In this document: positions 47,842 through 57,306 of the stretch, piece after piece
Position numbering within the stretch: position 1 is the first letter of the stretch
Layout of the letters: each line of letters begins with the position of its first letter
NCBI GenBank assembly: GCA_900767825.1
Contig: CAAGAN010000020.1
Location: 6,831 to 70,830, forward strand
Source of the DNA: Bacilli bacterium
GTDB taxonomy: Bacteria > Bacillota_I > Bacilli_A > RFN20 > CAG-826
DNA length: 64,000 nucleotides
Reading direction: 5' to 3'
Made by a program: the position numbers and the translations under genes
The notes under the pieces: generated by a model
Databases searched by the model: none
The model's input: the letters and a program-made list of their open reading frames with translations, nothing else
Told to the model about the DNA's origin: nothing

Positions 47842-50265
47842 ATGAAAAAGAAAAACATTTTAAGTCTTACTGTTTTGTCCTCATTGATGGCAATCGCAGG
47901 TTTTTCGTCTTTCAATCGTGTTTCGGCTGATTCCGTAGGTGTTCATGCCGCAGAGACGACCTCAACAACTATGCCAACTGGCTGGGAAGCGTCAGGAGTG
48001 ACTGCTGATAATACAATCTCTCCTTTTAAAGATCCGGTTCAAGGTAACTCCATCTTATTAAAAAGAACTGTTGCAGAAGGAGTTTTAAAGGCTCGTAGTG
48101 CACTTACTACAGTCAAGCCAAATACCTATTACAACTTTTCCGTTAATGTGAAGACTACTGATACAGCAAAACTTTTCATAAGAGTCATTGAATATAAAGA
48201 TGGGGTATCTGCTTTAAAAGCAACCGAAGTTATTAAAGTTACTACAGTTACTGGTGATTGGCTAAGTCGTCCAGGCATGATTAAAACTACAGCTGATACC
48301 AATGGTGTTGTAATTGAAATTGAAGCAACTGGAACTGGCGAAGTCTATGCTTCTAAGTTATTTGTTCAAGAAGGAGTGGCTCCGACTGGAGTTATGACTG
48401 GAAGGACAAAATATTTTGATGCTCCGAGTGGCAATCCTGATACTTCTTTTGCGAATTCATGGCATACACCTATTAATTATTTGGATATTAATTCCGAGTT
48501 ACTTTCAAGCGATGCCGCTACAGGCTTCAGTTCTATGAAATTAACACCCGGAAGATGCGTCATGTTAAATTTTGATGATTATAAAATCACAGGAAAATTT
48601 ACATTGCGTTTCAAATATAAGTATGTTGGTCCAGGCAATAATACAAGGATGGTTGTTAAACTGGATGGATTTAACAAAGAGGGAAAAAGAGTTTACCAAG
48701 GTGATGATCCTCTTTCAGGTTGGACTCCGTTTAGTAGGTGGTACTCTTACTCTTACGAGTTTTCGGCAAAGCCAACTCAAGCAGAGCCGGCATTTGTTGC
48801 AATATATTCAGTATTACAAGATGCCTCTGGCAGTGGCGATGCTTACTATTTGATTGATGATGTTGAAGTTTTGGATGAAAAGGGCAATAACCTTGTTGAA
48901 GATGGTGGATTTGAATTAAAAGAAAAAGCTAGTATTAATACAATGGGCTTGGCAACCATGCCTGAAGGTAAAAATGAAGTTACTTGGGATGGAGCTTTTG
49001 ACAATGTACCAGTTTCTTCCTTTATCGACGACGGATTCAATGGAACCAGAGCAATTCACTTAGATGGTAGAAAATCACTAGGCATCTCGTTGCCAAAATT
49101 GCCAAACGATTCTACTGATAGAACTTTTACACTTTCTTTTAAATATAGAACTACACAGGCTCCTCTCCACTGGCTTAAAATTGATGGTTTTAATCTAGAC
49201 AACAAACGGATTTTTTATGCAACGGAAGGATCGGGACTAAATAACACCAATGGAGAATGGGCAACCGCTTCTTATCAGTTTAAAACTAGAATTAACGCTA
49301 CGGAAAATAACGCCACTAGCACGGAGTTTATGATTTTTAATGCCGTAACCCCGATTGATCTTGATGACATTTCTGTAAAAGATAATTCTGGCACTGAGTA
49401 TTTATATGGTGGTAATTTCGAACCAGTTATGGCTGGTGGTGGCGCTTTTGTAAACAACGCGAATGCCTATTTAGATGAAAATGGCGGTGTTGTTTATTCT
49501 GCGATGCAAAAAATATCAACAAACGCAACCGCAAAGGAATCTTATTTGAGTGTTAATCCTTATAGTTTGGGAATAGATACTGCTAATAGTGGCGTTAAAT
49601 ATACTATTTCTTTCGAATATTTGGGTGGACGACTTAACTCAAGTGTTGGTATAACAGATACACAAGATTGGATTATCCCAGATGGTCTTGCTGGTTCTAC
49701 AAAGTGGACTTCTCACAGCGTAGATTTTGTAACTAAAACTGATGGCACATGGAATACACAAGATTTCCATATATATGGCAACCATTATGGTGTTAGAAAT
49801 TGCTATTTCCGTAATTTTTCCGTTAAAGATGCCGATGGAAACGAATATTTCCACCCACTAGTAAAAGGCGCTTCTATATTGCCACAAGGATCATTCCTTA
49901 TTAATGACAAAGAAGCTGTAGATGAATTTGTTGCAGCTTACATAACCGGCGAAGCTGCGGAAGATTATACTGCTATTCCAGAAGCAGATAGAGCAGGCAA
50001 GTGTCAAAATAAACTTGCCAAAGCAGAAGGCGCATTGAAACGTATGACTGCTTCTCAACAAGAATTCTTCAGAACTTCTGATGATTATATTGCTGCTAGA
50101 GCTGCCATGGATATGTGGAGAACTGTTTCCTCTAAGACTTCTATCGGAATATTCGGTGGCAATGCTGCTTCTAATTCTACAACCATATTAGTATGTACCT
50201 TACTAGCTATATCAGCTGTTGCTATTACTAGCTTCGTCCTTATTAGAAAAAAGAAGCATAACTAA
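47842..50265 (+). CDS. cell-surface protein with repeated jelly-roll/CBM-like domains and C-terminal TM anchor (paralog of 30089..31903)
   Basis: It has a signal peptide. The shared module 'FTLRFKYKYVGPGNNTRMVVKLDGFN' corresponds to 'FELRFKYKHDYEDGSRLSVRIDNCP' in the other gene. C-terminal 'TTILVCTLLAISAVAITSFVLIRKKKHN'. Confidence 0.6.
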   Translation: MKKKNILSLTVLSSLMAIAGFSSFNRVSADSVGVHAAETTSTTMPTGWEASGVTADNTISPFKDPVQGNSILLKRTVAEGVLKARSALTTVKPNTYYNFSVNVKTTDTAKLFIRVIEYKDGVSALKATEVIKVTTVTGDWLSRPGMIKTTADTNGVVIEIEATGTGEVYASKLFVQEGVAPTGVMTGRTKYFDAPSGNPDTSFANSWHTPINYLDINSELLSSDAATGFSSMKLTPGRCVMLNFDDYKITGKFTLRFKYKYVGPGNNTRMVVKLDGFNKEGKRVYQGDDPLSGWTPFSRWYSYSYEFSAKPTQAEPAFVAIYSVLQDASGSGDAYYLIDDVEVLDEKGNNLVEDGGFELKEKASINTMGLATMPEGKNEVTWDGAFDNVPVSSFIDDGFNGTRAIHLDGRKSLGISLPKLPNDSTDRTFTLSFKYRTTQAPLHWLKIDGFNLDNKRIFYATEGSGLNNTNGEWATASYQFKTRINATENNATSTEFMIFNAVTPIDLDDISVKDNSGTEYLYGGNFEPVMAGGGAFVNNANAYLDENGGVVYSAMQKISTNATAKESYLSVNPYSLGIDTANSGVKYTISFEYLGGRLNSSVGITDTQDWIIPDGLAGSTKWTSHSVDFVTKTDGTWNTQDFHIYGNHYGVRNCYFRNFSVKDADGNEYFHPLVKGASILPQGSFLINDKEAVDEFVAAYITGEAAEDYTAIPEADRAGKCQNKLAKAEGALKRMTASQQEFFRTSDDYIAARAAMDMWRTVSSKTSIGIFGGNAASNSTTILVCTLLAISAVAITSFVLIRKKKHN

Positions 50266-50369
50266 TATACATTAACTCATTCATCCAAAAGATCCTTTAG
50301 GTAAACCTAGGGGTCTTTTTTGTTAAGTACGTTATATTTTAAATTTTGTTAAGCACGTTAAATATCTAT

Positions 50370-51416
50370 TTAATCAACTTGCTTTGAAATGAAGTTTTCA
50401 AATCTGGGTAGAATTAAAGAAATTGTTCCTAAAGAAGTTGAAGCGATAAGCCCTCTTTTAATTAACCTGTCCCTATAGACATATATTGAATTTTCATTAT
50501 AAGGAACTTCTTCTAGTATTTCTTTTGTTGTAATGGATTCATTCTTAAAACATTTAAGGAATATTCTTTCGTTTTTTGGTAAGTTAGACCATATTTTGTC
50601 ATAAACATATATTGATAGGTATTGATCTAATTCGTTATAGATCTTGCTTATATCTTTATATTTAAAGAAGAGATATCCTACGACCTGGTAAGCAAATGCA
50701 TAACCTTTTGTAAGGCTAGCTAATGCTTCAATTGTTTCAGAACTTTCATTTTTAAATATGAAGGAATATTCCTCTTTTATTAACTCTTTATCTAACGGGT
50801 TCAATTCAACCTTTGGAGCCCTATATAAGAATGTTAGATTCTTGTTGTTTTGTAATGAGTTTACATTTTCATATAAACCAGTCATCAAAGTAAAAACAGG
50901 ATAGTTATTTCTTAATAAACTTTGGAAATCATGGGCAAAAGAACGCATATAAGAATTGTTACTTGCTTCATCAATTGTTATAAGCACCTTCTTATTATGC
51001 TTCTTTAATACATCAAGCATTTTTTCTAAAACTGTTTTTATGTTCGATACAGGTGTTTTTCCTTCTATAGAAAATCCAAACCCATGGAAGGAGAAAGAAA
51101 AAGAAGTGGAGAGAAACAGGTGCTTTACATTTGCATTTTCATAAATTCCTGATGCAATTTGCTCTAATATCTCTCTATTAGGATTAACGCCTACAACAAT
51201 CCATTCCTTTTTCTTTTTCATTATTTGAGAGATATTTGTTAGTAGAACAGTTTTGCCTGAAGCGTTAATACCGGTGATGAAATAAGCATGGGACAAAAGA
51301 AAACTCCTACAAAAATCATTGCATAGCTTACTAATTTCTTTTTCCCTATTTATGTAACTAGGAGGTATTTTTCCGAAGGTTAAAGTAAATATATTGTCCA
51401 TTGGTTTTACTTTCAC
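50370..51416 (-). CDS. stand-alone P-loop ATPase (ATPase_2/PF01637-like, AAA+)
   Basis: Walker A 'GINASGKT' and Walker B 'VLITIDEA'. It is an isolated gene between convergent surface-protein genes. Confidence 0.6.
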   Translation of the reverse strand: MKVKPMDNIFTLTFGKIPPSYINREKEISKLCNDFCRSFLLSHAYFITGINASGKTVLLTNISQIMKKKKEWIVVGVNPNREILEQIASGIYENANVKHLFLSTSFSFSFHGFGFSIEGKTPVSNIKTVLEKMLDVLKKHNKKVLITIDEASNNSYMRSFAHDFQSLLRNNYPVFTLMTGLYENVNSLQNNKNLTFLYRAPKVELNPLDKELIKEEYSFIFKNESSETIEALASLTKGYAFAYQVVGYLFFKYKDISKIYNELDQYLSIYVYDKIWSNLPKNERIFLKCFKNESITTKEILEEVPYNENSIYVYRDRLIKRGLIASTSLGTISLILPRFENFISKQVD

Positions 51417-51448
51417 CCTTCATTATAGCCCTTAATGAGGCTACAGGT

Positions 51449-53809
51449 TTAGTTTGCTTTTAAAACCATCGCAGGACGTGGACAATATTTTTTTGTAAGC
51501 ACGTTGCCTGAACTCAATAATCTTCCATCAGGATCAACATAGCTCGACATCATTGCAAAAGCATCGTAATCAGATGGGGAACGTGTCCAATATGTGCCGT
51601 ACCCATAGGACCAAGCCTGCACGGTTGTGTGGTATAAAGCACCTCTAGCTTTGGCAAAGTCAGTTGGCTTGCATCTTCTTGCTATTGCCTCAGTAGTAGT
51701 TGTATCAGGGAAACCATAATTTATGTTTTTATAATCTTTGTAGCTTAATAAGAATACTTTGTCATTAGTATCCCCACAGGTTAATCTATCATCTTTTAGA
51801 CCTGCAGAATCAGGTGAATTATCAATGACTGTTTCTTTTATATAGGAGTTATTTAATTTAAAGGCAGTGTTATAGAAATCATTAATTAACCATTTGCGGA
51901 TATCGCTATGTTCGTAATTATTTGGATATACATTGAGCCCATCAACTTTTCTAGTTTCAGTCGACCCGTGGTATTCTTTTGCGTCAAGAAGAGAAGAAGC
52001 TATGACTGTTCTTTCCCCTGTAGTAGTTTGTATTATGTCCCAACTAATAGGTTCGCATTTAAACCAATAAGACTTTCCCTCTTCTATTGAATCCCCATTT
52101 GAGAATGTATAGTTATCTGAACAAGGGGATGCGACTATTTTTGTATAGTACTGCTTATTAAATAGATACCAACCATTGGGTCTTGTTTCAGTAAGGCTAT
52201 CTAATTTTGATATAAGGCCTTCATTATTTACATAACTTTGAGGATATAATCCATAAGTTAATTTGGTGCTGTCAGTAGAAATTATTGGCTTCATTGCAAA
52301 ATTCTTTAATTGTTCAGCATTTATCTCTGCTTTTGTTAAAAATCTAGCCTGCAAATTAACATCAGCAGCAGGCATTATGAATGTATATGTTGCTTCTTCA
52401 CTTTCTAGAGTAAGACCATCACGGTACCAACCATAAAATAAGTATCCTTCATAAGGAGTTGCTTTTACTGTTATTTCTTCATCGGTAAGTCCATCTCCAG
52501 AAACAATAGAAGTAGCCCCTCTTTCTGCATCCATAGAAGATACGCTTAAGGCATTTCTATTGGCTTTCCATCTTGCGATTAAGGTGACGTTATCTGCTAT
52601 TTTCCAAATACGGTTACTATAGATTCTAGTTTCCTCGTAATACCAACCTTCGAAGGTATATCCTTCTTTTGTTGGATCTGGGAAGTTTGCTGAGAAACCA
52701 AATTTGACATCGAAACTAGTCTTGCTGACTTCTCCTCCATTTGGATCTAGGGTTACTTTATATTCATTTGCTTTCCACTTTGCAACGAAAGTCTGGTTTT
52801 TATCTACATTCCAGACACCTTCGTTTTCCATAAGCTTATTGTCTTTATACCAGCCAACAAAGCTATATCCAGTTTTAGATGGGATAGGTAATGTATATGA
52901 CGTATTGAATTTTATTTGGAACTCAGTCTGTTCTAGATTTCCTCCATTTGGATCTAGAGTCAAAGTATAGGTATTCCCATCATTCCATTTGGCTACTAAA
53001 GTCAAATCGGAAGCAATATTCCATATGCCTTCGCTTTCAATTTTTTCTTCTCCGTTATACCAACCTATAAATCCGAATCCATATTTAGTAGGTTCAGGCA
53101 AAATATATGAAGAACCAAATTTGACGGTACGGCTCTCTGATAATAATTCTCCTCCATTTGGATCAAAAGTTATGACATATCCATTCCCATCATTCCATTT
53201 GGCGTTTAAAACAAGATCACCTGTGCTTCCTTCCGTAATCGAATCGACTCTCAAGTTAGTTTCATCGTTATACCAACCTTCGAATCCATATCCGGTTTTG
53301 GTGGCGGGGTATAAAGTTATGTTGTCCTCGAAATTATATGAAGTAGGGTTATTCTCATGATTAACCCCTCCATTTAAATTATAGGTAATATTGAATTGGA
53401 GTTTTTCTTGTATATAAGTTGCGGTGTAGACTTCATCTTTAATAACTTCGCTTATAGATGGGTCCCATCCATTAAATATATAGGAATATCTATCATCATT
53501 AGGTTTAGTAGGGGTAGTCCCGTCATAACTAGGTGTATCGCCTTTTTTCACATTTTCATCAACTTCAAGAACTGTTCCATCATGGTTTTTCCAAGTAATC
53601 GTGTATGTCTCTTCTAGAATTGAAGTAGTTGTACTTGATTCTTTGCTCGATTCAGTTGATTCCTTGCTAGATGTAGCTTTGGTTGAGGTTTCTTTAGATG
53701 ATTGCTCACTAGAAGAAGTTGTTGATGAAGGCTTATTGCAGCTAATAACTAGTAAAGAAAATAAAGCTAGTAAGGGCATTGCCTTATAATTTAATCTATC
53801 TTGTCTCAT
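51449..53809 (-). CDS. surface lipoprotein with four Listeria-Bacteroides repeats and a DUF6273-like C-terminal domain
   Basis: Lipobox 'LLVISC' plus a Ser/Thr-rich linker. The four repeats are 'GYGFEGWY...LNAKWN', 'GFGFIGWY...LVAKWN', 'GYSFVGWY...FVAKWK' and 'GYTFEGWY...LIARWK'. An AAGGAG RBS lies 6 nt upstream of the ATG at 53809. Confidence 0.7.
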   Translation of the reverse strand: MRQDRLNYKAMPLLALFSLLVISCNKPSSTTSSSEQSSKETSTKATSSKESTESSKESSTTTSILEETYTITWKNHDGTVLEVDENVKKGDTPSYDGTTPTKPNDDRYSYIFNGWDPSISEVIKDEVYTATYIQEKLQFNITYNLNGGVNHENNPTSYNFEDNITLYPATKTGYGFEGWYNDETNLRVDSITEGSTGDLVLNAKWNDGNGYVITFDPNGGELLSESRTVKFGSSYILPEPTKYGFGFIGWYNGEEKIESEGIWNIASDLTLVAKWNDGNTYTLTLDPNGGNLEQTEFQIKFNTSYTLPIPSKTGYSFVGWYKDNKLMENEGVWNVDKNQTFVAKWKANEYKVTLDPNGGEVSKTSFDVKFGFSANFPDPTKEGYTFEGWYYEETRIYSNRIWKIADNVTLIARWKANRNALSVSSMDAERGATSIVSGDGLTDEEITVKATPYEGYLFYGWYRDGLTLESEEATYTFIMPAADVNLQARFLTKAEINAEQLKNFAMKPIISTDSTKLTYGLYPQSYVNNEGLISKLDSLTETRPNGWYLFNKQYYTKIVASPCSDNYTFSNGDSIEEGKSYWFKCEPISWDIIQTTTGERTVIASSLLDAKEYHGSTETRKVDGLNVYPNNYEHSDIRKWLINDFYNTAFKLNNSYIKETVIDNSPDSAGLKDDRLTCGDTNDKVFLLSYKDYKNINYGFPDTTTTEAIARRCKPTDFAKARGALYHTTVQAWSYGYGTYWTRSPSDYDAFAMMSSYVDPDGRLLSSGNVLTKKYCPRPAMVLKAN

Positions 53810-54054
53810 ATTCTCTCCTTAAAATAGGGATTTAACATTTGCCTGAATCTATATTCTTATAGAAGCTTTCTTGTCTCTATTTTTCAATAACAATGGAGAT
53901 TGAGGCGCTTGTCTATTTTCTTATATCATAAGAAAAGAAAACGAAAAAGGTACTTTTAGGTAGCAAAACCAAAACCCTAGAATTTATCGAAATAATATTT
54001 TTATCGAACGATAAATGTTGAAGAAGTGGACATGATTTAAGAAGTATTATCTTT

Positions 54055-54099
54055 AAGTGTTCACCTGGAAAATCGATATCATGTTCACTATTGTTCACT
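54055..54099. repeat. left array of 9-mer direct repeats (GTGTTCACC / ATGTTCACT / TTGTTCACT) downstream of the AlbA_2 gene
   Basis: 'aaaatcgatatcatgttcactattgttcact' at 54069..54099 matches 'aaaatcgatatcatgttcactaatgttcact' at 55588..55618 at 30 of 31 positions (a single T/A difference). Confidence 0.55.
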
Positions 54100-54125
54100 C
54101 GAGCCGGTTTTATTGTTTTATATTT

Positions 54126-55520
54126 TTAGTTTTTATTCGAAGTTATGTATTTTATTTTTCTTGATTTAGAAGAAGATGTAGCTTCTAAGGCACCAGATTC
54201 CAAAAGTGGTTTCAATATTTTAGTCGTGAAGTAGCTTCTACTTTTGACCCCAACATAATTTTGAATTTCATCTCTAGAACGTGCCATATTATTGCAATAC
54301 GACAATATGATATCGTCGTATTTGCTTGCTTTTGTTACTGCATTTTTATTCTCACCAAGTAAATCATATAGTGTGATTAAGAAGTAATCGTGTTGGTCGT
54401 TTAAAACTGGTTCTTTAAAATTTAACGCTTTATAAATTTTGTATATTTTTCTAAGTCCGCTGCCGCTTCTTTCCATTAAGCCTGTAACTTCAAAACAAGC
54501 ACAAATAACTTTGTTTCTTCTAACTGAAGGTATTGTATCTAGACTATATTCAGAAGGCTTTTTTGAAAGCAACCACTTGCCTGGTGAAGTGATTACAAGT
54601 CTATCTTTGAAAATGTCTATATCTATCTGCGTGCCCTCGATTGAGTAATCCCTGTGGGCTAGAGCGTTAATTACCGCTTCTCTTAAGGCATCTTCGGGAT
54701 ATGAAAGTGTATCAAGTCTTGATCCATCGCTTTGCTTAATATAGCCGCTTCTGCTATTTCTTTTGACGAAGGCCATTATGTTTGTAAACACATCGCATAG
54801 ACAGCCTTTGAACTCTTTTTTATCGATGACCTCGTCATCTCCTTTATCGTATCCATTCCAAAGTCTGCATACAGTAAGCGTTTCATCGCTACTATAATTA
54901 TCAGAGAACATTTTTAGACCTTCCGTTACTCTTTCGTCTTCGCCTATTATTTCTTCGTTTATGAGCAATTTTTCGGTTGGCTTTTCTCCGTCTTTCCTAT
55001 ATAGGGTAGCTAGGTGCATGAATTTTGAGTAATTTTTTACTTCATATTGTTCGTTTAGGAATTGCTTGTCCATACCGTATTTTCTTTTGCCCATTGAAAG
55101 GATTTGACTAATTGTTGCAGGAATGGTGGAGCCATCCTCTCGCAAGTAAACTTTTTCATTGAAATCGCCAGATTTGAATATAACCATTTCATTTACATAA
55201 CCGGTCCAAATGGAAAGAATATATTTTCCTTCTTTACATGGAAAAACAGAAAATGTTACTTGGATATGGGGGAAAATATATCTATTTATTGTTTTAAGAA
55301 CAAGGAGTTTTGTTTTATCTACTTCATCTTTGCTTATTCCAACGATGTTTCCGTCGTTAGAAACACCGACAAATATGTATCCTCCATAAGTATTAGCATA
55401 GCCTACTAATGTTTTTGCCCATTTTTCAATCTTATCGACGCTTGTTTCTAAATGGAGTTTGTATTCATATTCCCTGTTTTCGAAAAGGTCTGCGCCAATA
55501 AGTTTTTCTATTTCATCCAT
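54126..55520 (-). CDS. AlbA_2 (Schlafen-like) + HATPase_c_4 + wHTH putative ATP-binding transcriptional regulator
   Basis: N-terminal 'KLHLETSVDKIEKWAKTLVGYANTYGGYIFVGVSNDGNIVGI' is typical of the AlbA_2 domain. The C-terminus is winged-helix-like. The ATG at 55520 (MDEIEK), with GGAGG 7 nt upstream, is preferred over the ORF-track ATG at 55538. Confidence 0.65.
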   Translation of the reverse strand: MDEIEKLIGADLFENREYEYKLHLETSVDKIEKWAKTLVGYANTYGGYIFVGVSNDGNIVGISKDEVDKTKLLVLKTINRYIFPHIQVTFSVFPCKEGKYILSIWTGYVNEMVIFKSGDFNEKVYLREDGSTIPATISQILSMGKRKYGMDKQFLNEQYEVKNYSKFMHLATLYRKDGEKPTEKLLINEEIIGEDERVTEGLKMFSDNYSSDETLTVCRLWNGYDKGDDEVIDKKEFKGCLCDVFTNIMAFVKRNSRSGYIKQSDGSRLDTLSYPEDALREAVINALAHRDYSIEGTQIDIDIFKDRLVITSPGKWLLSKKPSEYSLDTIPSVRRNKVICACFEVTGLMERSGSGLRKIYKIYKALNFKEPVLNDQHDYFLITLYDLLGENKNAVTKASKYDDIILSYCNNMARSRDEIQNYVGVKSRSYFTTKILKPLLESGALEATSSSKSRKIKYITSNKN

Positions 55521-55548
55521 ATTTCTTCCTCCGCACATTGTATTTTAC

Positions 55549-55628
55549 ATCATGTTCACTTAAAAAAACAACATCATGTTCACTTAAAAAATCGATATCA
55601 TGTTCACTAATGTTCACTAGTGCTCACT
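55549..55628. repeat. right array: five 9-mer direct repeats (C)ATGTTCACT / TGCTCACTG in the promoter region of the AlbA_2 gene
   Basis: Copies start at 55552, 55576, 55600, 55611 and 55621. They lie 30-110 bp upstream of the minus-strand start codon. Confidence 0.55.
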
Positions 55629-55647
55629 GAACATTAATTTAAGACCT

Positions 55648-56022
55648 TTAAAGCATGATAAAAACCACTTTCATAATGATTAAAGAAGCGTTGTGGTGTG
55701 CAAGAAATGTGAAGATTGAGTCTTTGTCCACTAGCTTGTCTTTTTCGCCATATAAGACATATGTTTTCGCATTCCGATTATCTTCTAACTCACCGAATGA
55801 ATTAGCAATTACATAAATAGTTTTTTGAGATTTCAAATGATATCGAAGAGATATAGTCGCATCCAAACTATAGAAAGGTACCGGCTTTTAAATTTGTAAT
55901 GTGCAAAAAATGCACGTTGCTTTTTTCGTCCAATTCTTTTTCAACGAAAAGGTGTTTTATGTGTCTTGAAATTACGCTTCTATCTCTATCAAGCATTAAT
56001 GACATTTGCTCTTTTGAAAGCT
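55648..56022 (-). pseudogene. RhuM-family (virulence/DNA-binding protein) pseudogene, frameshifted and N-terminally truncated
   Basis: Minus-strand frames give 'SLMLDRDRSVISRHIKHLFVEKELDEKSNVHFLHITNLKAGTFL*', then in a different frame 'DATISLRYHLKSQKTIYVIAN...'. These resemble the RhuM consensus (...SVITKHLKNIFEEGELDE...YNLDAIISVGYRVNSKRATQFRIWAT). Multiple stops lie upstream. Confidence 0.4.
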
Positions 56023-56541
56023 AAACCTAGTGAAGAAGAATTATTATGATTGCGTTTGCAGTAGGGCGAGTAAACATTTTTAGGATACTGGTATTTAGGA
56101 TTGATAGCATCCATACCGAAGGAAGGGATTCAAAAATGAACATCCATTTTAAGCGCTGCTTCAGAAAATATTAAAACCATGAAAAACGAAAAAAACTAAG
56201 AGACACCAACAGCCTCTTAGCTAGTATTTTTATAAGGATGAACCAATGGATCTCTAGAAAACAGTTTAACTGTAAGAGTTTTTGCGAGGTCGAGTTTTCC
56301 GCCTCAATGGTTAACCATCGGTTCATCATCATTATAATAATACCTATAAAAAAGAAAAACCAAGAAGATTGTTGCTCCCCTTGGTTTTATCATACGAAAA
56401 GAGCTGTTAAGATTTTCCGTTTCTTAATAGTCCATTTGATGTATTTAAGTGGATTTAAGATATTAACATGATGCCCCTTTTCAAAGTCAATTTCTTAACT
56501 CTGTTTATGACATAATACCACGATTCGAATTTTTTGCTGTT

Positions 56542-57306
56542 TTATCTTTTTTCCTTAACCACACTTATTTCATACCAATTAACTGTCACACTTTCAGGCT
56601 TAAAAACAGACCAAGGGGTTCTTGTTTCTTGATGCGTAAAAGAAAAACCGCATTTTTCAATAACTCTATTGCTGGCAATATTGTCTGTTTTTGCTTCTAT
56701 CAATAGTTTTTTAAACCCAATTCTGAATAAGTGCTTTATAAATGCCTGACAAGCTTCTGTCATATATCCATTATTCCAATAAGACCTAGAAAGACAATAA
56801 CCAATTTCTGGGTTCCCATCAATAAAATTAACGATGTCAATTGAACCAATTAATTCTCCGCTGTTTTTTAGTGTTATCGCATATCTAATTGTGTCTGGAT
56901 TATCGTATTCCTTAATCCAATTGTTAAGAATTGCCTGTGTAACTTGAATGTTTTCATGAGGATTCCATGTCATATATTTAGTTACTTCTGGGTCATTACA
57001 CCAACCATCAAACATATCTTGGGCATCGCTTTCTTTAAATTTTCTTAAAATTAAATGCTCAGTTTTAATCACACTATTACTAACAAAAGCTATGTCGACT
57101 TCCAATGTAGTTAGTATTTTTACTAATGTGTCTAAACGTGGATTTAATTTATGATTTTCAATTCTCGCAACAGCAGATTGTGGTAGGCCACATCTATTAG
57201 CTAATTTTGTTTGAGAAATACCGATTTCTTTTCTTCTTTTTACGATTAGATTTATTACTTTTTGTGTAAATATTTCATTTTTCACTTCCATCTTATTTTT
57301 CCTCAA
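56542..57306 (-). CDS. XRE-type HTH fused to GNAT N-acetyltransferase
   Basis: N-terminal 'ISQTKLANRCGLPQSAVARIENHKLNPRLDTLVKIL' HTH_3. The C-terminal 'GYCLSRSYWNNGYMTEACQAFIKHLF...KTDNIASNRVIEKCGF' is a GNAT (RimL-like) fold. Confidence 0.7.
   Translation of the reverse strand: MRKNKMEVKNEIFTQKVINLIVKRRKEIGISQTKLANRCGLPQSAVARIENHKLNPRLDTLVKILTTLEVDIAFVSNSVIKTEHLILRKFKESDAQDMFDGWCNDPEVTKYMTWNPHENIQVTQAILNNWIKEYDNPDTIRYAITLKNSGELIGSIDIVNFIDGNPEIGYCLSRSYWNNGYMTEACQAFIKHLFRIGFKKLLIEAKTDNIASNRVIEKCGFSFTHQETRTPWSVFKPESVTVNWYEISVVKEKR

Noticed and set aside
55549-55628. Possible CRISPR array
   Set aside because: The repeats are only 9 nt, spacing is irregular (2-15 nt) and there are no unique spacers or cas genes. 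They are more consistent with iterated protein-binding sites.
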